From: Phoronis australis
Taxonomy: Eukaryota; Animalia; Phoronida
Direction: 5' to 3'
DNA: 64,000 nt
Assembly: GCA_002633005.1 (NCBI GenBank)
Contig: NMRA01000149.1
Coordinates: 440,192-504,191, forward strand
Shown here piece by piece: positions 51,028 through 64,000 of this stretch (position 1 is the stretch's first letter; each line of letters starts with the position of its first letter). The notes under the pieces were generated by a model. The model saw only the letters and a program-made list of their open reading frames with translations. It ran no database searches and had not been told where the DNA came from. The position numbers and the translations under genes are program-made.

Positions 51028-52107
51028 CTGTGACAAAACACTTTGAAAACATAACCCAGCGAAGTTTGACCTGGTTGTTTTAGACCTGTCCATGAGGCTG
51101 TGCATCCTTGGTACGTCAGATAACACCTATAATTAACGTTACTTTGTTTTAATATTATGTAGCGGTAGTAGCATCAAGACTGCGACATTTAGCTATTTCC
51201 TTGGTCTCAAAGAAAAAAAATTAGTTTCCTTTGGCAGCACATTGGGTTGCCATACTTCACCAGTGTCCAACGTCACACGCACAAAATTCAAATGTCTTTA
51301 GCCCAATCCAAAAATTTTCCTGAAAGACGTTTTTTTGAAATCTATTTAATAGTTAACCCTGAACTGGAATCTTTTTTTAAATACTTTTATTTACCCAGAA
51401 AACATATCATTAGTGATTAATAGATACGGCTGGGGTTGGGCCCAGCTACGTATTTTTACAACATACTAAAGAACACTACGTCATACTAAAGAACACTACG
51501 TCATACAAATAGAACGAATAAGTATCTGGAAAATAACTCCTAATGATTGGGCGGATAATTAGCTGAGAGTACTATAAAGGGGGGCAGGGAAACGGGAAGG
51601 AGAGGACTTTCATACACTCATTCACACTCACATTCACTCGGTTTAATTAACTTGATTTATGTTTACATTTACATAGGTGTTTATGAAAAGGTCAGCTTTC
51701 TTATAGTGCAACATATGAGTGGTTAAAAAATAACACCATATATTGAGCATGAGTGTATATGGTATTGAATTTTTCACTTAGATTGTCAAAGAAGCAAACT
51801 AAGAAGTGGTACATAGATGGCTCAGTGTGTAAGTTAAAAACTTTACTTATGAAAGGATGTAAAGAATTCCAGAAACGTTTAACACAGAAGCAGCTGTAAA
51901 ACAGATATGCTGACTAAAGTCTGGACCTCGCCACAGTAGGGACATTGGTCTGTTTGTGAAATACCAAATATTTTTAACATCTTGTTTGTATAAATTCCTT
52001 TGTGAATTGGAATCAGTTCAAAAATATTTTGGACCTTTTTCAGCGTGTTGCAGAACACCTCCAGACAGTGTAACTTTTAGAAAACATGTCGCAACAAGAT
52101 TACTTAC

Positions 52108-52205
52108 AAGTGACGTTTCACAGTGCACACAGTGCAGACAATCCCTGGGCCCGGGGGCACAAAATGGGTGAGGGGTGCAGGGGAGCATTCAATGTCCAGA
52201 CCAAC
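52108..52205 (-). other. Exon-like Cys-rich segment
   Basis: Strong acceptor cttatttttcctgtggttcag| and donor |gtaagt. Reads GWSGH*MLPCTPHPFCAPGPRDCLHCVHCETSL (phase 1) or VGLDIECSP...CTVCTVKRH (phase 0). Confidence 0.4.
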
Positions 52206-52990
52206 CTGAACCACAGGAAAAATAAGAATCCAATACCATACATTCCCGTCCACCCCCGTCCTCCCCTCTCCACGTCTTTTATTTACCCACCGTAGACGAT
52301 ACAAACGATACTACAAGGCAAATGTGCACCCGAACAGAGACTTGGTGGCTCGTCCCTATGAATTCATTACTACAACGGTGGAACCCCTTGGGCCTTTCAA
52401 CACCATCCCGGCGCTACATGTCCTCCAACAAGTTATCTCATTGTATCGCCATCTCTAAATCATAAGATAAAAAAATGAGTCGTTGTCTTATTGAGCACCA
52501 GTTATTTACTTTCACCCGCCCGCATCCCGGCTATGACGTGCTTACAGTAAGAGTGAAAACCAACAGTAAGGGCAAGTGAGTACCAGCAGTCACCCTGAAC
52601 GCTGCATTAGGCAAGTACGAATTCATTCACGAGAAATCAAGCAGCACTAATACCTGGCAAAAAGTGGTTGTAATGATAACAATTGACCCGTAACGTAAGA
52701 GGGGTCGCACGACAGCCCCAGTATTTATAGTCTCAGAATCTTCGAGGGTTGCTAAATTCAACACATCAGTGACTCCGTTATCCAAGACACGTTTGAACTG
52801 ACGAATCGTGGGAAAGGCCGTTTTTCCAGATTATTAGCTTTCAGAGTTATTTAATTCACGACTATAACTACACGTAAAAGTTGATCCAGGCCTTAGTTTA
52901 ATTGCCATGCACGAATGCTCGTCATTCTACAAGCGCGCGAGCCCAAGGACGTCGGTCCACGCTCGTGCACGCATCGAGTCCGATGTACGG

Positions 52991-53018
52991 ACACACGCGC
53001 ACACACACACACACACGC

Positions 53019-53052
<34 letters not shown>

Positions 53053-53053
53053 C
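52991..53053. repeat. (CA)n imperfect microsatellite
   Basis: Directly visible. Confidence 0.97.
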
Positions 53054-54113
53054 ACCAACACCACCATGATTCTCTTGGGTATAACTTGTTCAGGTTGGCA
53101 CCGACAATATTCCAGTGATTTTCACTAGTCATCACAATAGAGCTACTGGCTTCAGTAACCTCTTCACTGTTAGTATCCAATTTTCGGATTTCAGTGCTGC
53201 TAAATTTCACAAACTAGAGAAATTGGATTTTCACGTGGCTACTCCGACACAAAACTGTAACTTCAACTGTAACTAATCCGTATATTACCGCATTTTCTTA
53301 ATCCAACGACGTCATAGGTGAAACTCTTCACTTTTGTTCAGAAAACATCTTTTGCAGGGACTGGCTTGACGTTCGTTGTCAGCAGTCTCGTCTGATTCAG
53401 TATGCGACCGCTGCCTCCGTAACTCATTCTTATACTAATACCATGTTGTGACTGAACTGCAAATAAACTCAAACTCTATTTGCAATTGTAATGAAGTTTT
53501 TAAATGTATACAAGACTGCACTCTTATGTTTATTAATAACACCTCGGCATAGCGATAACGCTTATTTGGATTTCGCTACTGACAGCTCTGCATGTCATTT
53601 GAATACTGTGCGCATTTGAGTGACTAATATACATCTACTGCACGCATGCACTCGACAATAGGGCTAATAAATTCCGCTGCCATCTTCTGTAAGATAGAAA
53701 CATGACCTCGAGACTTATCAGTCCTAGCAAGACACTACGAGTTATTGAAAAGAACTAGGTGTTCTACACAAAACAAACGGCGGGTCGGCTATAAGCATGA
53801 AAACCGGGTCAAGTGGTGTTCAAGATGTCCTTTTTCTACAAAGGTCAATCAGATTACACCCCTAGCCGGTTGCCCAAGTTATTACACGGAATTATGTTCG
53901 GATACAATGTTGATAATACCTAAATTAATACGTCTATATTATATTTTATTTCAAAAGAACCCGTAACCTGGCCTCGTAGAGGTGGTGTTTATTATTTCAA
54001 ACTGATTAGATTACATCGCCCCGGGAGCCTCTTACGTGGCACATCTAACACGTTTGGCGAAAACAACTTCTCGCAGATAACATCTTAGAGGTTTAGATGC
54101 GATTTTTGCTCAG

Positions 54114-54115
<2 letters not shown>

Positions 54116-54203
<88 letters not shown>

Positions 54204-54230
54204 TAGACAGATATATATATATAGATATAT
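54116..54230. repeat. (CA)n followed by a (TA)n-rich compound microsatellite
   Basis: Directly visible. Confidence 0.98.
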
Positions 54231-56198
54231 GTACATGTATTATGTTTCGTGTCCAACGCTCATCAGGACGCATCAGATACTAAAAGGTTCCATGAAATGT
54301 CATTCTCATCATAACTACAAAATGACACGATCGTTATGTTCAAATCATTTTCTAATTTGCACTTTCAGTATCACTGCAGCAGTAATTAATCCGGTTTAGG
54401 TGAAATTGTGAATATTTGCATGTGCGACAATCATTTTGTGTTTTTTCTGAATAAAGTACATTTATGTTTTTAAATTAGGGGCAACAGTTTATGATTTCAA
54501 GCGTTCGGCACAATTCAGAAATGGTCGACTGAATAGAAATTTAATTAAAAATGTAATATTGGCAATATGATGACGTGTGAAGTACAATCCTCTTCTTTCC
54601 TTGACATTTCCCATGAACTGACTAACCTAGGGGTATATGTATTCAGAAAAGTTCAAATTTGGGGGCTACAGATGCCAGCGGCACGGTTCTTCACCGCAAT
54701 AAACCCGTTTCTCCGGGTATCAAAAATTGACACTTTAACATTCAAATTACCGTTATCAGTGAGTTTATAAAACGCACAAAATTATACTACGATTGTGCTA
54801 TTGCTGCATATTTCTTTATTGGAAATTGCGAAATCGACATTTTTGAAGTTTTTTATTTCTTCTTTCAAGTATCAGTAATAACTGAAATAACATAACCGAG
54901 TAAAACCATTCGATAAGGAACTATTTCTTTTTAATAAATATATACTCCCGATCGTGTATTGATCAGCCTCATTCCAAATTCTACGGAAGAGTTCTAACGA
55001 GGGAATAATCTAATTGAATTACGGTGAACTAATAACCAACTCTAGACATCACATGATGTGAGTTCATGCCCCCTGTATAAAAATTGGTTGGTGGCTGATT
55101 CGATTATTTTAGCAATTAATTCCATCGATTGGAGGACTTCGATACAAAACGTATCGCCACTGTGTGAGCGCTAAAGACTTCTTTTCATTCGCAATGGTGT
55201 TGGTAAAAAGTTCTTGTTTAAACCAGTTCTGTTGTATTTTTTATCTTCTCAGGTCTTTGCTTATCGATTAAAGTGTAACAATATGTTTACCACATAGATG
55301 TGTATATAAGATGCCACGGGAGTATGCATTGTTGGGGCTTTTTTTACCTAGTTGTACCAACAAACGCTATGCATATACATATCGGCACACTCTTCCGCAA
55401 AGCAAAAGCGTTTCATGTCTGCCTACTGAATGTACAACAAACGCCTTTCATATTAGGACTATGTTTTCTTCACTGGACTTGGGCGAGTCCTGGATATGAT
55501 AATCCTACTTTTATGGGTGGCGATTGATTTTTGTTTAATTATTTATTTTTAAGGTGCCATCACGTACGTCTTGTACAAGTGTGTGAAACTGACTTTACTA
55601 TGAGATAAACAGTTTCATGACTTTACCAAACCGGTTTAGAGAAATTATGATTAAATGATTTCAAAAAAACGTATACACCGGTAGGGTGCGCATGAAAAGA
55701 AAAGATAGATTGTAACATGGCGATAAGTGCGCTGACTCTCTTAGTTTTGACATTTCGTTTGTAAATTGTTGATTTATTAGAGAAAAAAAATTTAATTTAA
55801 AAATCATTCAATTTGTTTTGCAATAAAGTCGTTGAATTCATCATAACGTCATTCGCTTTATATGGGAATGTACTGACTGACTGAGAGTACACAGAGCTGG
55901 TTTGTTTTGACAATCACTGGTGCATTCATTCGTAACAAACTACGCGTACACGGGCACATTGTGGAGTAGGTGTGCAATATCAATAAACTTTACTGCCCTG
56001 CTTTGTTACAAACATCAAACAGTCCACTCTAATTATAAAAGCCGTAATCACCTGGACTATGGACACTGCAGTGATCATCACCACTATCTGTTAGATTACA
56101 TCTGTTGTTATTATTTACTTCCGTTGATTTTATACACCTCTGTTGAAACAGCTAAATACCTTGCCTGGATTTTCAGGGGCTATGGAGCAAAAACTTGG

Positions 56199-56337
56199 AT
56201 AGCACCGTCACATCCCTACAATAGCACCGTCACATCCCTACAATAGCACCGTCACATCCCTACAATAGCACCGTCACATCCCTACAATAGCACCGACACA
56301 TCCCTACAATAGCACCGTCACATCCCTACAATAGCAC
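56199..56337. repeat. 22-bp minisatellite, about 6.3 near-identical copies
   Basis: Unit atagcaccgtcacatccctaca, no spacers. Confidence 0.97.
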
Positions 56338-58086
56338 ATGCATGGAAACTAATAGAAAAGCATGTCCATTTTGTTAAAGGGCGTTATCGGCGCATAATCG
56401 AATCTGCAACCCCCGGCCCGCGGTCGCAGTCCAACGCTCTGCTGGTGGAACTAATCACCACTGGATAAATGGCAGAGAATTTTAAGCGTATTTAAATGTT
56501 AAGTCATTGGACTCGGTTTCAGCAATGTCGGGCAGACAATGGCAAGAACTGTCTATTTGTAATAAAATTACAAAAAAGCAACGGATTGTGTTGTTTTATA
56601 GTTCCTATCAAACTTCAAGATGTATAAATATATCTTTTTCAGTGAGGCGTGGAAATATGTGGAAATAGTTTATCCCCTTCGGACATATATTCATTAGCTC
56701 ACGTGATGTGACCAAAAAGATGGCGGGTTGAACGGGATAAGCTATTTCCACAAACTTCAAGATGTCTATCCTACCCAAATATAATCTCAAAAAGTGTCTT
56801 TCGGACGCAAAAGCGATAATATCTCTTTAAACGATACAGGCAGAATTTAAAACGTATTTCGCGAAGAATCTGCGACCGATAACATGGTTCTTGAAAGTTT
56901 TGCTCAGGTATTTCGCAGAACAGTCCCGAATATGTGGCACGCGCACACATGACGCATAACAAAAACACCAGGCAGTTTGCACTCTGTTTTTTAAACAGTG
57001 GAAGATCAATAGTCTAAAAGACGAAAATAACATGGAACTATAACTTGTGATAAGTCTCGTCGTAAAGTTATAATGCGCCACGCAGCATACATAGCTCGAA
57101 TGAAATTTGGATTAGAAAACTGTTTGTCTCAGGTTTCCATTGGACTATGTAGTAGACGAAAACATAATGCGAATTTAGAATTTATCCCACTCCCTACTGA
57201 CACGATAAAAACGCTGTTGATATGTCGGTTTTAGGGGTCACTTGGTCATTTTTCTTCCAAAAAATGTGGTTTCCCTTTTACGACAACCTAGATCCGCCAG
57301 TCAAAAGTAAAATGTGGAGATCAGCATCAGGGGAAAATGGAGAAATGCAGTTGAGGGATACAAAAATGCAGAACATCAGAAAGATAATACATAATTTTGT
57401 CCGTCTGATGGGTGCTCGTGCACTTAACTCCATTCATACTTAAAATAACCATGCTGAAGAAAACAAACTGCGTAGGCTCTGTCGATATGTGGAGCTCGTC
57501 TGCACAAATAAAGATGACAAATTACTGCATTGTTGCAGAAATAACGAAATTCGCTCACCTTAATAGCGGCAAAATCTAACAATTCTTGACGAATTATGTT
57601 ATTGACAGCTTGAACTTTTGTTCCAGATAATGGATTGCCGTAGTACAATTAACTCCATGCCAATCTTATCAGAGAGATCGCGTAATTTTAAATACTCTAT
57701 TATTTTGTACGTTATTTAATATTTATGCTGATACTAATGTATTTATTAAAGTTCACTTTACATGAATTTTTTTCAAATTATGATGACAGTTGCATTAATT
57801 TTGGAAAGAACGTTGTAATTGTCACCAGCCGTTTACAGGACGAATTAGAGCAACTTTCCTTTTTCAACAGCAGCAACTTTTTATGAAGGCACCACCTGTT
57901 TTGTGAATTTGTTGAAAAAAAATTGACTAGAAAAATGACAGCAAATTTTAGAAAAGCTGGAAAGTTGTGACGTCTTGTTTGTACTTTGCAACTCACGCAC
58001 AGTATCACGAAGACATGGTAACAGTTGAACAACTGAAGTAGTGCCAGCCACTAGGTGGTGCTCTGGCTGATATTCGGCCCTCACTT

Positions 58087-58242
58087 CAGTGCTGTAGTGG
58101 TAAAATTAGAGGTAAGTAGGCGCCCAAAGCCCACTGTATCACATTGAGCACTGAACGTAACTTACGGTGTGTAGGCGCTACGTTCAAATGCCAAAAGGTG
58201 GTTGGCTGCGCCTACGTGCGCCTACGCTCCACTACAGCACTG
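58087..58242. mobile_element. hAT-type MITE
   Basis: Perfect 14-bp TIR CAGTGCTGTAGTGG / CCACTACAGCACTG; 8-bp flanks cctcactt and gcccactt (6/8). Confidence 0.85.
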
Positions 58243-61200
58243 GCCCACTTAGAGAAGCCAAACGTCAGACATGTCGTCGAATCTTTGGCATTTCTTGAGT
58301 CCGCGTGTACAGAAAATTAGTTCGTAGATGTTCAAATTTTAAAGTGTAAAATATGGTATAAATTTGCAATTGTAGCATCAATTCAACACACAAGGGATGT
58401 TTTGTATCTGTAGGTGAGCAACTGATTTTTTGACTTGTGCCACCATTGGAACCGGCTTTATGTTACGCTATTGAAAAAATGACAATCGTATGCTTTTTCT
58501 CGGCAACATTTCTTGTTAAAATGTAAACATGACCAAAGCTAATAGTAATACACAGAGCGTTTGAAAGAAGCGGCAAATATATCAGCTCTCTACCGTGTTA
58601 TAGCTATAAAGGGGAGAGCCGAACAGACGATTACTTTTGTGGCATTGGAACTGTTCTGGCAATGCTTGGTGCTCCACTGAATCATAGTCATGAGGCAGTG
58701 ATTATAGCTATGTAGACAAGCTATATCGTAAATGTATTCGTAGAGCTTTTTAAAAAAGCTTCTTGAGAGGAGACTTTTAGTGTTTTTAAAGCGCTATCCA
58801 CATGATCGTATACCCGGACTTTCAGTCTATTTTACCGTATGCTATGTCTTGGAGACACGCACTGCTGTCTGTTGATTATGATCTGTTCCAGTGTAAGGAT
58901 AGACTCTAAAAATGCTTGCTTGTATCAAAATCGGTATCACACTCAGAAGGGGCCACAACATACAACCATCTGCGTATATGTGCATTTCAATAACTTCAAG
59001 TGTCTTGCTCACTAGTGGCAAAAAACAATACACGACGTTCAGATAAGGTGATCATGATCACTTGTCACAATTTCCGTTCACAGAATGACTTGTGGTTATG
59101 ATCGCTATGTACCGTGTTATTTTTGTTACTGCTGTGTACCTTCGCCGATGCGTAATTCTCGGAAGAATTCTCACAATTCTGAGGCAGCACCGTTTCGAGG
59201 GAGATGAAGAAGACGAAAGAGGAGATAAAAATGATTGTGAAGAAGATGATGAAGGAGGAGAAGAAAATGGAAAAGAAGGTTATAACAATGGCTTGTTGCG
59301 ACATATAAGAAAAACTGAACATTTCTATCTTTGTAGTGTTCCTGATTCGTTGATAATGGTGTTGTTGAGAACGTACGTTGTAAACTCGCGTACCGTCGAA
59401 AAAAATATTTAGACTCCTTTCCCCTATAAATTGGTCTCAGTATGTTCCTTACTGGGAAGTGATATTTGGTTTGCCAAGAACGGAAAGTTTGTTATTCCAC
59501 GAGACCATGCTCTGCAAATAAAATTACACGCCACAAGTCAGCTTAAAGAGTCTGGTCTCAACCAGTAACGAACTGTCGATGCCTTACGAGACCACAGGTC
59601 AAAGATGTTTTGACTGAAAAACAATTTTTTTAAGGATAAATGCTCTAAATCAAAAATTGATTTTAGTTTTAGTGACAGAAAGAGTTAATCCATCGTTTCC
59701 TCTTTTATCGAATGAATGGCGACGTGCATATGTACTGCTGTCGAGCGTACTCCGTTAATTGTCTAATCAGAGCAGTACCCTAGCAGTAAGCCCGTATGAA
59801 GACATTTGCAGAGATTTTTAGTGTTTGTGCACCAGAGCCGCAGGGAAAAATCGATGGACCAAGCTGGCAAGGTGACGGAGGCAGTTTACACCTGTAACTA
59901 CCGTTTATCGTTCGTTGGTTCTGCACCATACAGGTCATTAGCACATGGCGCCTTAAGATTGCCAGAGCCCTACATCCGGCAGCTGTCTTTTCGAAGCACA
60001 AAAAGCAGAGTTCCGTGGTTTTATTGGTAACACTAAATATCACGAAAATCGTGGCAAATCATGGTTTAGATACCCTTCGTGGTAGTACTGAGCTTTTGAA
60101 GGGATGTTGTTGTGATATCTGAATCAAAGATACTGTACACTACAATATTTTTTTTAATGCAATGGCTGTTAACTTCAGTGTACAGCTCACTCATGAATCA
60201 AGTAATACAAAATACAGTCATGTTCATAATTATCAGCGCTGCCAATCTCCCTACCTAATTTTTTATCAACCACAGTTCAGTTCTTGCTAACTCAGTTCTT
60301 TTCTCATTAACCGTTTTAAACAGATTTTGATAGCAATATCTTGTCCATAAATAGCGTTCTTTCATCGCTTGCCGCAGCAGCATGGTTCTTCATATATTCA
60401 GCCAAAATGCCTATTCTTCCATTTTATGAAATAGATTACACTATACAACGCATATGTTACTCTCAGACGGTTCTTGTTTTTATGTTAGTAACGTTATGGA
60501 CCTTATCGACAAATCTACGAATTTGGCCATAAACCATAAAAATCAACTCTGTGAAAGTATATATTTTCTGATAGCAGAAAGCCTTTAGAATTTGAGTTTT
60601 GAATTTGTTCCCGTGCTATTCATTGGGTCACGTGACCGTCATTTTATCAAAATTTAGCAAAAAAGAAACGTAGCAAAACAACAGGATCACAGGATCAATA
60701 ACATGACTGAATTTCATTTCAACGTTCATTGTGAAATCCCAAAAATGCTGTTATAATCTTCTAAATTATCATTGATTTTCGGTAAACACAACTTTTGAGT
60801 TTCTTTTTCATATCGAATCATAAACACACCACTTTTATAACCCTTTGCAGTTGAAAACATATTAATAACATTTTGATGAACAATTAAAGAGGCTTGGAAC
60901 GCAATAAACAGGCTTAATTGCAACACTGAAAGTGGTTTTCTGCCACTGAAACAGAATTCATCTTGCTCACCAGATATTGTTTAGGGTTTGTTCGTAAAGA
61001 TTTTTAATTTCTGTTCATACCAAAGCCTCTTCTTTTAGTTTCAAATTTCATAAAACGATCTGCCACCGAGTCGATTTTTCTTCCACCAGCCAAAACACGT
61101 CTCCTTATTTATTTTGAGTTTTCCTTCTCACGTATTTCAAAATCGTGAATTTTGTGATATTTTCTGGAAATTTCCTCATAGGGGAAAGTAAATTACTCTG

Positions 61201-62476
61201 TACTAGACATTGCGAGATGGCATTTTGGTCAGGAGTTGTTTAAAAGATGTTTTGACGAGCTTTCGCGTTCCATACCTCTTTGATGCGAATGTTTCATATG
61301 AATTCCATCAGCCGTTTTTGAGATACGACGTTCCAAAGTTTGACATTTTTCTAGGGCCTTGCATAGCCATAATGATAAGGGTGCACTTGCAAAATGTATT
61401 GCTTCATCATACCACAAATTTAAACGTTTAAGATAGGACTCGTTTCGCGCTCAAGGTTACACCGCCAGTACTTGATGTCCTCTTCCGCCATTGGGTGCTC
61501 TCGAGCGAAACTTCCAACCGCCATCTCACTTGAGTTGTTTCAAACAAGTCGCTGTATTGTTTTCAACAGTACAGAAGGTGTAACACGAACTCGTTTGGGG
61601 GGGGAGAACGCCATTCATGAAAAACTGAATCTCATTGCGATTGATGAGAAAAGAACTTCAGATTCTAAGAAAAGAATTGCGTTAAGTGAGAAAAGGACGG
61701 TGTTAATGCGCTCGTGCGGACCGTATGGGACTTGGCTGCCGTGTTTATTGAACTTACTACGTGCGTTCAGTGGGTGTGTCGAATCACGTGCAATAAGTAT
61801 TATAGAACACCATCACAGCCTCGTCACAATCCGTCCCACGCGAAGCCAGATGTCGTAACTTGAACGGTTAATAGCAAAAACGTATTCAATTTACGTAAAC
61901 GTCTCCAAATATCATATTACGGAATTAATCATAAGTTGTTGCGTTCATGGTGTTTTATTAATGTTTCTTTCAGGAAAGTCGTTTCTTATGACGCCTTTTT
62001 CATCATCTCAACCCGTATTTGAACCGTGGACTCAAATAGAACTTATTTACAAAATCCCATTCACTGTTTGTACTAAATATACACGTCGTTGCTTTACGGT
62101 ACGTATATAGACAACAGCACATACAATATTGGGCGTAAAAATGTAAAGAGATAAAATTACTGTCTTTGCTGTCAGATTGCACGGGGTTAATGATTTTAAA
62201 GATTTTTTTAAAAATAAAGACGAATACCACCACGTAACTTGACCTCTGTGCTTTGATGGTGTCAGAGTTTCGGAGAATATGCAATAATCTCATCTGGTTT
62301 ATACGAAAGGGATTATGTATGATTATTGACTTGCTTGCTCGATGGAGATTAAACCTCCAAGCATAAATGTATAATGAGTGAGTAGAGTGGATAGTGTTCA
62401 ATTAGAGCAAACAGTGAACTATCTGAACTAATTGAAAGTCAGCTGAGAAATAAAATCAACAAATTTTCTTTTACTA

Positions 62477-62539
62477 TAACCGTATATACACGAGTGTAAC
62501 CGTACATACACGAGTATAACCGTACATACACGAGTGTAA
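62477..62539. repeat. 20-bp tandem repeat, 3 copies
   Basis: taaccgta(t/c)atacacgagt(g/a). Confidence 0.9.
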
Positions 62540-63324
62540 GTTTTTTCCTCAATTAGGCTCTAGGGACGGGGGGGGGGGGGGNCGACTGGTAAGCAATAAG
62601 ATAAAACGGAATGATTTGGCCAGCACCTCATCCAACTTGGTGCTTTAAAAGGAAACTTCTTTCAGTCCACGAATTTCTTTGTTTTTTTTCTCAAACCATG
62701 CGCAATTTCCATTTAATTTAAATTCTTGTTTTTAGTTTTCTATCAAAACAATCATCTTCAAGCACAAAATGAACCACAATCGTTAACCCGTTTACTTACC
62801 GGTGCTATCTAAACTAGAACACTGAGATTGACACCAAGTGCTCCGTAAAAGTAAAAATACAATCACAAACTCGTAACAGCTTACGTAAACCTCGCTTTCC
62901 TCGCCTGATAGCCTGTTCTTGGGGTACCTCCATTTGACCCCATTTTGTTAACCCAGGTCATCATGCTTCTAATGATGGCCGGTTGTGTGCACACTGACTA
63001 CCTGCAGCTAACAGTTCCACTAAGTGCGAAAAATAAGCTTTGCTAATAGGACGAGTTGTACTCTCCAGTTTTCCGAGACTAAATGAAGTTTGAACTTGGC
63101 GGAGTCCGTGGAATATCATTTCAAGCAATGTCTCTGACGTTCACCTGTTTTATAATTGTTCCAACAGAGCCAATTTTCTCAACACGTTAAGGAGTTATCA
63201 TTTAATGAACACTTGCTCCAACTCTCGACATGTTCCCTCTCTCGACGTCAGCCCTTGGGATGGTTGGGTTCAGTAGCAATCGTTCAGAAAGGTCTTGAAT
63301 ACTGGTTTAGTAATGCAGACTCAC

Positions 63325-63486
63325 TTTCTTCAAACAGTCCTCCAGCAGCCAAAAGGAATTCGGTTTTATTCCCTAAATCTTCAGCGTATTCGACGAATTT
63401 GCCTATACTCTCTAGCATTATATTTTTCGTCACTTTATCTTCATTGTGAATTCCTCTTCTGTTTGTGCTATCATCTAATAACATAT
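63325..63486 (-). other. Exon-like open segment (162 nt, phase 1-1), product unknown
   Basis: ggttttcag|AT ATG TTA to GAA A|gtgagt; MLLDDSTNRRGIHNEDKVTKNIMLESIGKFVEYAEDLGNKTEFLLAAGGLFEE. Confidence 0.4.
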
Positions 63487-64000
63487 CTGAAAACCGAATC
63501 TTCGTTTCATTGAAAATAAATAAGGACTAACTCGTTAAATTACACGTAAAAATTCCTGATATTTTTCAAGAATATTACTCTAGCTATGTATCAAGGCTAA
63601 AACATGACGTAGCAATGAATAGAAATAGCAAAAGAAAGGGCTATTAGTGTTTGTACATAGGACACAAACGTGTTAAAAACTAGGTTAGGTAATGGAGTCC
63701 CTACTGCCGCGGCAACCAGACATTAGTGTACAGATATTCTGCGTCTCAAACTTAGGTAATATCGTTTACATTGTTTTCTTTTAATTCATTGTTTTAATGC
63801 AGCGTATCCTAAGAAGAAAGAGCGAAACTACCTTGATATTACTTTCGATATTACAAAGCTAGAAACTAGCTTTCTACATTACTGCACTCCTCTACTGTGG
63901 TCAGATTTTCGCCCATATGGTTTCCTGTTTTAGAAACATTTTGACGGCTTATTTTCTTGACGTATCGTCACTTGATCTGATCTTTTGAGGCTTCTACTGC

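Noticed and set aside
52893-54399. His/Thr- and Cys/Val-rich ORFs
   Set aside because: Translations of (CA)n microsatellites.
56199-56337. Regular 22-bp repeats (also 29466-29698) as a possible CRISPR array
   Set aside because: Head-to-tail units without unique spacers, eukaryotic context and no cas genes.
57778-59412. Possible hAT or Harbinger transposase remnants (TTSVVQLLPCL; acidic DEEDE...G..R ORF at 59092-59412)
   Set aside because: Resemblance is too vague, with no catalytic motifs recognisable; needs a profile search.
62568-62582. Poly-G run as a G-quadruplex element
   Set aside because: It ends at an ambiguous base (n at 62582), so the local sequence and run length are unreliable.

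Overview
AT-rich, intron-rich animal genomic DNA, probably an invertebrate deuterostome (inferred from gene structure and repeat types). No prokaryotic features, CRISPR arrays or intact RNA genes were seen. The left third holds two convergent genes: the last coding exon and 3' UTR of afadin/canoe (+, 59-784), and an apparently complete RMI1 CDS (-, 12 coding exons, 21430 to 2572, about 714 aa), rebuilt by hand with GT-AG sites and consistent phases. The last RMI1 intron contains a 3.37-kb Kolobok-type DNA transposon relic (2844-6213) with TTAA target duplications, 13-bp TIRs and a 25-bp subterminal inverted repeat. It carries a decayed THAP gene and a convergent, spliced, decayed P2X7 'ballast'-like (KolX-type) gene, but no recognisable DDE core. 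The acceptor plus the first 37 nt of RMI1 coding exon 3 is tandemly repeated about five times, and the AG survives only in the two proximal copies. The right two thirds (24-64 kb) have no confidently identified gene. They contain MITEs, mini- and microsatellites, and a chain of minus-strand exon-like Cys-rich segments that may be a decayed extracellular-protein gene. All coordinates were derived by eye and no database searches were run.
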